Source: Hypanus sabinus (taxonomy: Eukaryota). Taken from it: 64,000 bases of DNA. The stretch lies in assembly GCF_030144855.1 (NCBI RefSeq), contig NC_082731.1, positions 27,466,001-27,530,000 of the forward strand. Direction: 5' to 3'. Both the position numbers and the translations under genes were made by a program. Numbering within the stretch: position 1 is the stretch's first letter; each line of letters begins with the position of its first letter. Under the pieces are notes generated by a model. That model saw only the letters and a program-made list of their open reading frames with translations, was not told where the DNA came from and searched no databases. Below, piece after piece: positions 10,378 to 21,005 of the stretch.

Positions 10378-13300
10378 TTAGTTAAGAGGAAGGTTATGAA
10401 AGCACTCAATAAAAGGTCCCCAGAACTTATGGAACTTTATATCCGAATTAAGAACTGAATAATGAATTTTTTCGAGGTCTAAGCAGGACATAATATCGTT
10501 AAGCCATTGAGCAAGCGTGGGCGGGGCAACATCGCTCCATCTAAGGAGGATTAAACGTCTAGCCAGGAGAGAGGCAAAAGATAATATTCGACACTTAGTC
10601 GAACTCAGACGTAAATCTGTCTCACCCAAAAAACCGAACAAAGCAATTAAAGGGTTAGGTTCTAGGTGGTGATTCAGAATGTACGATACACGTTATGAAG
10701 ACATCTTTCCAAAATTTCTCCAAGCTAGGACAAAACCGGTACATATGAATGAGAGAGGCCTCGCCCCTTTTACATTTATCACAAAAAGGACTAATATTAG
10801 GGTAAAATCGAGATAATTTAGATTTAGACATACGGGCTCTATGAACAATCTTAAACTGTAAAAGGCAAAGGCGAAGAGAGGTTGAATTAACCGATTTGAG
10901 AATCGAATCCCAAGTCTCATCAGATAAGGAGGTATTTAAATCATGCTCCCATGCCATTTTAATTTTATCCACAGGGGCATGTCGTAAGGCTGCTAATTTA
11001 TCATGAATAAATGATATTAAACCTTTACCTAGTGGATTAATAGAAAGGAATAAATCCAAAACATTTTTCTCAGGCATTTCAGGGAAGTTAGGAATTAAAG
11101 GATTAATAAAGTGTCTAATTTGGAGATATCTAAAAAAATAAGCATTGGGCAGATTGAAGTTAGCAGAGAGCTGTTGAAAAGATGCGAAGCTATTATCAAT
11201 AAAAAGATCTTCAAAATGTCTAATGCCCTTCCTATACCAATCATGGAATGCTGAATCATCCGTAGTAGGTAAAAAAAGGTGATTATGTAAGATAGGGCTT
11301 GAAAAGGAAAAGCCATGGAAACCATAGAATTTCCTAAACTGAGCCCATATACGCAAAGTGTGTCTAACAAGAGGATTAACTATTAATCTGGACTAACTAC
11401 TAGGGAGTACAGAGCCAAGAAGTGCAGAGATAGATAAATCTTTAGTGGAACTCAACTCCATTGCCACCCAATTAGGGCACTCGGGTTGGCCATGGAAAAA
11501 ACACCAAAACATAGCACAATGTATATTGGCTGCCCAATAATATAAATGAAAGTTAGGTAAAGCCATGCCACCCTCTTTTTTAGATTTTTGGAGATAAACT
11601 TTATTAATTCTAGAGCGCTTATTCTTCCACAGATATGACAAAATAATAGAGTCTAAGGAATCAAAAAAAGAGTTAGGAATAAAAATTGGGATTGATTGAA
11701 ATAAATATAAAAGTTTAGGGAGAACATACATTTTAACAACATTAATACGACCTAGCAAAGACATAGATAGAGGTGACTATTGTAATAGACTCTGTTTTAT
11801 AGTATATGAAAGATTGGCAAAATTTTCACGAAAAAGATCTTTAAACTTCCTTGTGACTGTAATCCCAAGATAAGTAAATTGATTATGAACTACTTTAAAA
11901 GGGAGATCACGGAATGTTAATTCTTGTGCTTCTTTATTAATTGGGAAAAATTCACTTATGCAAATTAAGTTTATAGCCAGAGATCTGGCTAAACTGATCA
12001 AGAAGTGAAAACATTGGAGGTAAGGATGTAGACGGATTTGAAAGAAAAAGTAATAAGTCATCTGCATAAAGAGAAACTTTATGCTCAACACCCTCTCTCC
12101 AAATCCCGGTCAATTCAGGACAATTTCAAAATGCTGTCGTCAAAGGTTCTATAGCCAAATCAAAGAGAAAGGGACTTAAAGTGCATCCCTGACGGGTGCC
12201 ACATTTGAGGTTAAATAACTGGGATTTCTGAAAATTAGTCAAAACAGAGGCAATAGGACACATATTCAGCAATTTGATCCAGGAGATAAAACTTTGACCA
12301 AGTTCAAATTTTTCTAAAACTGCAAAAAGGTAGTTCCACTCTATACGATCAAATGCTTTCTCTGCATCGAGGGAAATAACACATTCAGGAATCCCAGTTG
12401 GAGGTGAATATGAAATGTTAAATAATCGCCAAATGTTAAAAAAAGGAAGATGGTTTTTAATAAAACCAGTTTGATCCTCAGAAATAATAGAGGGAATAAC
12501 AGTTTCTAATCTAAGAGCCAAAACTTTGGCCAAGATTTTAACATCAACATTAAGCAAAGAAATCTGCCTATACGAGGAACACTCTGTTGGATCTTTACCC
12601 TTTTTTAATAAAAGAATAATAGATGCCTCATTAAAAGAGGGTGACAATTTACCGTAATTAAATGAATCAGATAATACTGAGAATAACTGAGGAGAAAGAA
12701 GTGAAGAGAATGATTTATAAAATTCTATGGGGAACCCATCAGGTACAGGAGATTTCGCTGAAGACAGTGCAGAAATTGCAAAAGATATTTCTTCTGATGA
12801 TATAGGCGTATTAAGTTTAGCTTTAAAATCAGATGAAAGCGAAGATTATTTAAAAAATGATCAACAGAGATATTCTCATTCAGAGATTCAGAGGAATAAA
12901 GTCAAGAATAAAAAATTTTAAATGCGTCATTGATTTCTAAGTGATCCAATGTAAAGTCTCCATTCTCCTTCCGGATCTTTGTAAAATGTTGTTTGGCTTT
13001 GGAACGCCTCAGCTGATTGGCTAGAAATTTACCAGGTTGGTCACCATGAATATAAAAGTGACTCGTACCTTCAAAAAGTTGGCGTTCGATAGGTTGATTA
13101 GACAGAAGATTAAATTTAGTTCGAAGTTCTACATGCTTCTTGTATAATTCTGGATTCTTAGTTTGAGCATACAGTTGATCCAATTCTTTAATCTGATTAA
13201 TGAAGTCTAATCGATCTGCACAGGACTTTCTATTAAGATTTGCTGTATAGGAGATTATTTGACCCCTCAAATATGCTTTCATGGCATCCCAGACAATCTG

Positions 13301-14054
13301 GGATGACATTTCAGATGATGTATTGGTATTAAAATAAAAGGTAATCTGAACCTTAATAAATTTTAGAAAATCATCATCCGATAATAAAGTCGAGTCAAAC
13401 CGGCAGTGTTTATTCCTCTGAGGGAGACCAGGAAAGTTTAAAGACAGAGTAATTGGGGCATGGTCAGAAATCAGTATACTCTGATAATCACAAGAATAGA
13501 CAAATGGAATAAGTTTATTATCGAGTAAAAAGTAGTCAATTCTAGTAAAAGTATGGTGAACATGTGAAAAAAAAAGAATAATCTCTCTCAGTAGGATGTA
13601 GGAAACGCCATATATCAGCGATACCATAATTAGAGAGAAAAGATTGAATAGCTAAGGCAGATTTAGTAGGTAGTCTAGTAACAGAGGATGATCGATCCAA
13701 ATTAGGATCTAACCAACAATTGAAATCGCCACCCAGAATAAAAGAGTATGAGTTTAAGTCTGGCAGTGAAGAGAAAAAAAAGTTCAAAAAAATTAACATC
13801 ATCAAAATTGGGAGCATACAGGTTTGATAGTACAACTTTAGTATTATATAATTTACCAGAAACTATAATAAAATGGCCATTTGTATCAGATAACTTATTA
13901 TGGAGTTCAAAAGGAATATTTGAGTTAATAAGGATGGAGACCCCCCACCCCCCAGCTTTGGTGGCAAAGGATGAATGAAAATGCTGACCCACCCACTTTG
14001 ACAAAAGCCGAGAATTATCAAAACTACGAATATGAGTTTATTGAAGGAAAGCAA
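10378..14054 (-). pseudogene. L1 ORF2 (APE endonuclease, reverse transcriptase, C-terminal Cys-rich domain), frameshifted
   Basis: Motifs NLYAPN, GGDFNC, ISDHAP, YRQISLLNVDVKILAK, SLDAEKAFDRIEW, GTRQGCTLSP and CDKCKRGEASLIHM..C are spread over several frames. Confidence 0.9.
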
Positions 14055-14984
14055 TGTCAGCTTTGAGTTGTTTAATATGTGAGAAGACCTTCCTTCTTTT
14101 AACAGGGTGATTCAATCCCTTTACATTCCAGCTCACAAGTTTAAGTATTAACCATTATCAATTGTTAGTGCATAGAAGGCAGCAGGCATATAAAAAATCA
14201 AGCAGTACATTAACAGTCTGGGAGCAAAAATGTAAACATAGATCTGTAGAATCAAAACAAAGACATGTCCTGAATAGCCAAGGAAAGCAAAAGAAACAGT
14301 GAGTAGTGTTGGAACTGGAGAACTCACCCCACCCTCGCACACCAAAACCAGACGGCTACCTAAAAAAGCAGCTAGCTCTACCAGAAAAATTAACCCAAGT
14401 ATGACTTCCAGTTCTGTGTCGTTAACAAAAGTTCCCTCTAAATACTATAGCAAATAATAACTAATTTATGCACTAGAAAACAGAATTACAAATAGGAACA
14501 ACTTCAACAGAAGTATAAAACTTAATACAAAGAAAATCCGAAGAAAACCAAAACTAACCTACCTGCGAAAAATTATAAAAGATTAAAAGAAAAAGAAAAG
14601 GAGCAAGAAAAGAGGGAAATTATAGATGCGAAGAGAGTACTTCTCAAACATTTACAGAAAAAAAAAGCAAAACTTAAACTATGAATCAACCAACAGGGAG
14701 GTCTTCAATAAAAACTCCAAACCTCCAAGACAAGTTAAAGTCAATTGTAGATCTCTATAGATAAAGTTATACAAAAATAAAATAGATTACACAAGTACAA
14801 TCTAAAAGTCCGCAGGGAAACATTAAACTTAGATTATCGACTTAGAAAAAACGCACCAAATCCAAGGAGAGATTGACTGCAGCCCTTAAAGTTTCAATAG
14901 ATAATGTCTGAATTATTCAAGTAAAGTCTGAGTTCGGAAAAAATAGTTCTACTTCGAGAAGTACTTATCAACTATTTTAGAAGG

Positions 14985-15809
14985 TCAGGCCGGTTCCATA
15001 GAAGTTGGGGTGGACGGAAGACTTCCAACAAATGCCTCAGCCTCCTTCATTGATTTAAACCACTTATAAACTCCAGTAGTAAGTGTAATTCGAAGATCGG
15101 CTGGGTTTCGGAGAGAGGGTCTGAATCCGTGAGCAAAAAGCACTTTCATTACACCTTTAAACTCCTCACGCATCTTCAGAACCTGGGGGGAATAATCCTC
15201 CACAAAACAAATGACCGTATTTTGAAAAGCAAAAGTACCTCTGCGGCGTGCCTCCATAGTCAAACGGGTTTTCAGCTGGTATTGATGAAAGCACAAAATT
15301 ACCGGCCGTGGACGGGAACCCAGAGTTGCACGGGGAACATACATCCTGTGAGCCCTTTCAAGCTCAGGTGGAGTCGGAAGAAATTCTTTCCCAAAAATCT
15401 CACAGAGAAAATCGGAAACAAAATTTCCACAGGAGAACCCTGTTCGGTGGCCTCTGGCAAACCAAGAATTCGTAGATTGCAACGTCTGCTCCGGTTTTTG
15501 AAGATCCACCATTTTGGAAAAAAGTTTACTATTCGTCTCCTCTAGGCTGGAGCAGAGAGTTTTGAGATATTGAACACGGCGTTCTAAATCTTCAGAAGTT
15601 GAGTCAATGCGAGATAAATGTTCAGCATGTTCATCCACTCTAGCATTGATCTGGTCCAATTTGAAATCCAGCTGGTTGAAAGAAGTTCTAAATTCTTTTC
15701 TAAAATCCATTAAAATATCTTGTCGATGTTGTTCCAAAACAGTGAGAATGTCAGCCGGCAAAGCCGTGGAAGTTTCCTTTTTCCCGGTCTTAGTGCTTTT
15801 GGTAGCCAT
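14985..15809 (-). CDS. L1 ORF1p (coiled-coil and RRM/CTD type), open but with a compensated internal frameshift
   Basis: ATG at 15809 (MATKSTKTGKK), heptad region, ERAHR..RPRPVILCFH..FVEDYS..PADLRIT. About 25 codons near 15420-15500 are in the wrong frame. Confidence 0.8.
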   Translation of the reverse strand: MATKSTKTGKKETSTALPADILTVLEQHRQDILMDFRKEFRTSFNQLDFKLDQINARVDEHAEHLSRIDSTSEDLERRVQYLKTLCSSLEETNSKLFSKMVDLQKPEQTLQSTNSWFARGHRTGFSCGNFVSDFLCEIFGKEFLPTPPELERAHRMYVPRATLGSRPRPVILCFHQYQLKTRLTMEARRRGTFAFQNTVICFVEDYSPQVLKMREEFKGVMKVLFAHGFRPSLRNPADLRITLTTGVYKWFKSMKEAEAFVGSLPSTPTSMEPA

Positions 15810-17683
15810 TATAAGATAGATGTCTTCGCAGGCAGGTAAAAGAGAACTAATAAAATACCTAACCAAGGTTTAAGAAGGGGCAAAGATAGGAAGAATGACG
15901 GAGCAAAAATTCAGAGCAACTAAAAAATCGCCATTTTACCGGAAGTCCCTTAATGGCACTTTAAATGCTGAAATGGAGTCAATATTCATCTTGAAATTTC
16001 ATCACATCGAGGCTGTCTGAATACTTGCTCAGAATCCTCTCAGAGTCAGCAAAGTGCTGGATCACTGAAACAATCTCCAAACTAAATCACAGTCTCTAAC
16101 TCTAACAGTCCCAGAAACATAGTTAAGAAGAAAAACAGACGTAAAAGACCAAAACCGGATAGTTTCCTGAACTATCTGGAAGAGGTCGACTGAGGGAGCA
16201 TTGCATTCTGGTATCATATTGACCAAGATGAGTTTATTCACTCTAAAAATAGCCTCCCACAGGTCGTACTTGGGCTTCTTGTCTAATGCTAGATCACCGG
16301 CCTAGACTGCCATAGATCAAGCCCTTCGCAGACTACAAATCTCCTGGTCCATCCACAGTTTTTGCTTTGGGTATGTCCAGTATGTTCCTGAAGGCACACA
16401 CTCATCCACACAGGTCTTGATGAAGTTGATGACAACTGTGGCGTATTCATTCCAAATTGAAGATAAGTTTCTGAATACCAACTTGAAGTTCTGTGGGTGC
16501 AGTTCTCCCTTCCTTGACGATATCCTCTTGGTCTTCACCACCAGAATGGTAGTCTTTAGTCTCTGCCTATATGCCAGGAGTTGAAGTACAGCCAGGTGAT
16601 CGGCCTTACCAAAGTGTGGCCATAGGCTGGCACGCTAACCATTGTTGATGGTGGTATAACAGTGGTAAAGTGTTGGCTCCACTGTTTCCACAGGAGATAT
16701 GTTAGTGGTCGTTGTTCAGAGACTTCCTCAAGATGTCCTGGTTCAGATCCAGGTGTGCTATTTCATGTTTACTGATCATGGTGCTCAGCTCTTCCAGTGA
16801 CTGCCCGATGTTGCCCTGAGGTGGCTGCCCCCGCACCATGCCTGGATCTGCTGTAGACTAATGGACTGAAATTGTTTGCAATCATTCATCAACAACTCCA
16901 TTATCAATGTGTCATGTGACAGGGGACTGAACCTAGCAGGATTTAATCATGAGCTGTGTCCTGCAATGATCTTTGCTGGCCCTGCAACTATTCACTGATA
17001 TTACCAATGATGTGGATGATGGGACACAAAGCCATGTCTATCAGAGTCCATCAAATGAAAAGCTTGTCAGTGAGGGAAGTTTGAAGTGTAGAGATGGAAA
17101 TAGATGAAGTGAACAGGACAACTGTAACAAAGCAAGATCATTGACTGGGGCGGGCAAGTTACAGAGATGAAAAGAGAGATTTTTCTTGGGAGATTCAAAA
17201 GTCAGCACCAGAATTTTCAATCTGGAGGAATCCCAGGCTCAGTCTGAACAGATATGAGGCAGCTCATTGATTCAGATCAATGTCACAAATGGATCTATTG
17301 ACTCTCACATGCATCGAGACAAGAAGATTTCAAGAAATGTTGTCTTTGATGAGAAACTGCATCTCTCATTGCAATTCACAGCTCCGATAGCATATTTTGT
17401 TGGCATTCCAGCAGCTAAGTCTCACGTGGCTGGGCAACTGTCCTGCAGTCCCTGCTGTGACCCAACTGGGTCCCGAGGAAATCAGCTCCTTGATGTTTGA
17501 CTTTGTTTTCTCAGTCAAAGATTGTAAGCAGAGATGAGCAACCCACTCTGCAAACAAACCTAATTTCATTCCAATGTACAATTCTGTACAAATTGAGCTT
17601 CAGGATAAGTCTGAGCTGAAGTTGTCAAGCCAGCTGACGGCAGATATTGTCCAGTTTGTAAATTTTCTGTTTCTCATCTACAG

Positions 17684-17986
17684 AGTTGTCTGTCTTTATC
17701 CAAAATCCCTACATTGAAGAGATGTGGATCAACCAGACCGCTACTCTGGTGTGTATGATTGTGGGTGCTGATCTGAGCCAGGTCCAAATCCACTGGCAGG
17801 TGAATGAGAGGGAGAAAATCAAAGCAAACGTGACCAAAAAACTGAGAGAGGAAGGAACCCGAGATACAGTGATCAGCGAACTCCAGTGCAGTGTGGAGGA
17901 GTGGGCCAGTGGGGTGGAGTACACTTGCTCTGTCCAACAACCTTCTTCAACCTCACCAGTATCAGCACGGACAAAAAGTACCAAAG
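17684..17986 (+). CDS. IGHW: Duplicated IgW constant exon C3' (paralog of 1079-1381)
   Basis: Acceptor ttctcatctacag|AG, donor G|gtgggc, same 303-bp length, open frame, Cys/Trp/Cys core intact. 59/101 aa identical to C3 by manual alignment. Confidence 0.92.
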
Positions 17987-18074
17987 GTGGGCAAGAGGTC
18001 AGCGATTAAAATGGACAATGTTGTTACCTCAGTAAAAATGTTTGACATTTCCATTGTTTGCCCATCAGTTCCAG

Positions 18075-18392
18075 TGGAGACAAAAGGTCCCAAAGTCAGA
18101 CTGCTGCCTCCACCAGAGGGAGAGACCAAGAGTGGGAACACGGTCACCCTTGAGTGTGTTGCCTCTGGATTCTACCCGAACCAAATAACCATCACCTGGG
18201 AGAAAGGGGACTCTCTGATCTCTTCCAGCATCAGTGAGAGACCAACTACGCTTGAACAGGCGGGAACTTTCATTGCCAGCTACGTCCTGACCATGAGCAC
18301 AGAGGAGTGGAAGGAAGGCTCAGTTTTCAGATGCACAGTGTCTCATCCCCCCTCCAACACCAGCGTCAGGCAGGATGTGAAAAACATTCAAG
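18075..18392 (+). CDS. IGHW: Duplicated IgW constant exon C4' (paralog of 1468-1785)
   Basis: Acceptor gttccag|TG, donor G|gtatga, same 318-bp length, open frame. 60/106 aa identical to C4. The 88-bp intron is homologous to the 86-bp C3-C4 intron. Confidence 0.92.
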
Positions 18393-19099
18393 GTATGATT
18401 CTGAGATTCACTCCACTGTTGACATCCTCTGCCACAGCCACAACCCAGGGCCATCAAGGTCAATAGGTAACGGCAAGTGTGGCATTGTTGTAGCTGTGTG
18501 AGTGGATTAATAATGTAGAGGCAGAGAGTGGGAAAGAATCAGAGTTCATCTGATGTTTTCAAAACTTGACTTTCTTCCAAACTGCCAACACAAGGTCTGT
18601 CTGTCCATCAGTAAGTGCCCATCTGGGCCCCTCTGTCACATCTCAGACAGATGTATGAGAGTGCAGCACTCCCTCAGTACTAGTACCAGGATCACTGACC
18701 TACAGTCTGTTCCCAAGCCTCAGGACAACGGCGTGAACACACAACCAGGGGTGACTATGCCGGATTCTAGTTTGAGATTACAAACTACTTCTCTGAAATT
18801 CTTTGGTGAAGGACACTGGCCTTCCTACCCTGTTTACCCATATCCATCAGTCCCACAGCAAACTCTTCACTGCTCTGTGATCGGCCGGCTGGAGCAGAGC
18901 AAGGAATGCCGGCCTTGTCAGTGAGGGAATGATAAAATAAAGACTGCAGGATCAATGTTTGCACACAAATGTCTCAGGCTCATCAAGCAAATCCATCTGT
19001 CAGCAGAATTGGAGGAATTGAGTTCCACTGAAGCAGACATACTGGAATGTAACTGGACACCAGACAGTTGTTGAGTTCCAGTAAACCAGAGAGATGCAC

Positions 19100-19268
19100 A
19101 GTACTCAGCCAGGAACAGAACTAGTGAGTCCTGATGAAGGGTCTCCGCCTGAAACATTAACGGTGCTTCTCCTAATAGATGCTGCCTGGCCTGCTGTGTT
19201 CCGCCAGCATTTTGTGTGTGTTGTTGTTTGAATTTCCAGCATCTGCAGATTTCCTCGTGTTTGCTCTA
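19100..19268. mobile_element. Penelope-like element terminal (pseudo-LTR) fragment
   Basis: gtcctgatgaagggtctc..gatgctgcctggcctgctgtgttcc.ccagcattttgtgtgtgttg..atctgcagatttcctc is the reverse complement of the Penelope terminus at about 41040-41170. Confidence 0.75.
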
Positions 19269-19570
19269 TGAAAAAAGAAGTCCATTCCCAATAGGAACCC
19301 TCTAAAGTTACCCTTCCCCACCAGATGAGATTGAAAGAAGTTGGGTCACTGGGTTCTCTGCAGCAGAGATTCCCATGGACAGAGTGGCAATTCCAATTGA
19401 TGCTTTATCCAACAACAGTGTGGTTCACATCACTGAAACAAGCAAGGCTACCTGCAAGTCCTTTCTCGTTAGCTCAGAATGGACATATATATTTCATGAT
19501 GAAACACATCAAAATAAATTATTAACATTTCTGAGATCCTGCAGTTCTTGTTAACACTTCTTTGTGTCAG

Positions 19571-19614
19571 GTCTGATCTTGTTGGAAACTTGCGTAGACT
19601 ACTTCAGAGGTTAA
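19571..19614 (+). CDS. Candidate secretory exon downstream of C4' (GLILLETCVDYFRG*)
   Basis: Polypyrimidine acceptor ttcttgttaacacttctttgtgtcag|GT. Phase 1, compatible with the C4' donor. Stop TAA at 19612-19614. AATAAA lies about 31 nt after the stop once the solo LTR is removed. Confidence 0.6.
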
Positions 19615-19638
19615 ACTTCAGCCTGTGTTTGTGTAATC

Positions 19639-20162
19639 TGTCGGGTTGGTTCAGGTTCCTGTGGGACTCAAGTGCAGACCAATGAATGCTCTTTTACCAG
19701 GATTTATTAGGGAGCACAAGGGCAACAGTCTTTCAAAAACAGGAGGCAGGCACAAATCCGAAATGGTAGGCAGAGGTCTTACCCAGGAAAGGCCGTCCGC
19801 CGAGGGCAGACGATCCAGAGCGCAATGGTAAAAATCAGGTCCCAGAACAGGCAAAATCCAGAAACACAAAATCAGGCAAAATCAGTTGGCAACAGTCGCA
19901 GTGACAGGCTAGAATGAGCTGGGGCGAACTGGCAGAGACTGTGAGTCAAGGCAGGGTTTAAATGGACCGGGTAATGAGTGAAAATAGAAACAGGTGGGTG
20001 GAAGTGAGGAGACAAGCAACTAATTGGAGAAAGTCCAAAAAGGAAAGGGGTTGGGCCAAAACCCACATGGCCAGGTGAAAGGAGGCAGAAATTAAAGGCT
20101 GTCATGGTCCAGAGCTGTCAGCAGAGGACCTTCAACCCAGTGTTCAGGACGAATCCTTAACA
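19639..20162 (-). mobile_element. Solo LTR (524 bp, TG...CA) with 6-bp TSD GTAATC
   Basis: Ends are tgtcggg...ccttaaca. GTAATC occurs at 19633-19638 and 20163-20168. The minus strand carries TTTAAA and AATAAA motifs. Confidence 0.85.
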
Positions 20163-20175
20163 GTAATCAAAGTTC

Positions 20176-20181
20176 AATAAA
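20176..20181 (+). terminator. Poly(A) signal for the candidate second secretory exon
   Basis: AATAAA followed 30-60 nt later by GU/U-rich gtgttcc..ggttttttgg..tgtgtg. Confidence 0.55.
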
Positions 20182-21005
20182 GAAGGTATGGAAAGCATTC
20201 GGCTGCCAGTGTTCCATGCCGGTTTTTTGGGATACAATGTGTGACTTAAACATGAGGGGTGGGAAGTGTTGCCTGGTTGGTTAGTTCTGTTCTTCACTGC
20301 ATAGACAGACAGACATTCAAGCAGATATATGTGTATTATATAGGTATGTGTGTATTATAGTTTCCACTGTGCAAATGTTAGAACATTCCTGATTGGTCCA
20401 CAATTTCAAATATACAAGGTTAATTGACAGGGAAAGGTATTTTATCAACTTTGTGAAGGCATTTGGTGAACTCATTCAGAAAGTGGAGAGTTACAGAAAG
20501 AAGGGACAATATGTAGCCAGTGATGCCCTGGGACCTGCAGCAATGCGTTCAGTGCTGACACTATTCACCAGATTTATTCATGGTTTAGATATTGGGCAGA
20601 AACACACATGACCAACTTTGCCACTCACACAAGGCTGGCAGATCTGTCAGCAGTCTGGAAGGCTTTACCTATAGAGACAATAATCAATTAAATGAATAGG
20701 CAGGAACCAACTCTAGATCTTTGGACAAACTGTCTTGGAGGGACTGCTGAACATGCACTCCCCAGTGGAAATTACAAGTTGGAATGATGGTTAATGAATG
20801 CTAAGCGAAGATCTGGTTCATATTTTTAGTGGAGCGAACATAGTTGATTCGGAGGAACTAGTTCATTTTGTTCTGTCCAGGGGCTCCCAGGTTACAAGTG
20901 ACATGCTGTGAGGAAACATGACACAAGTCATCAAGTTTATTGCCATGTTGATCTTCATGAAACATTGACAAGAAACTAACTCTCTCACTTTCTCAATTCT
21001 TTCAG

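Larger units (their letters stand above)
10037..15948 (-). mobile_element. Full-length L1/Tx1-clade LINE (about 5.9 kb) with 15-bp TSD
   Basis: Exact TSD cttaatggcacttta at 10022-10036 and 15949-15963. The 5' end reads GGACTTCCGGTAAAATGGCG on the minus strand and there is a poly(A) tail at 10037 onward. ORF1 and a fragmented ORF2 are present. Confidence 0.93.
9345..16860 (-). mobile_element. Rex1/Babar-like LINE remnant, split by a full-length L1
   Basis: 3' end at 9345-9830 (tttaatattacc..cttcaggctcttgtacctcctcc). APE-region pieces at 9830-10036 and 15964-16860 (YWTYPKQKLWMDQEICSLRRA). The sequence is continuous across the L1 TSD. It could instead be two separate insertions. Confidence 0.6.

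Noticed and set aside
4467-17683. Class-switch (S) region between the two constant modules
   Set aside because: No tandem AGCT/GGG-rich repeat array is visible; the interval is TE-derived or short unique sequence.
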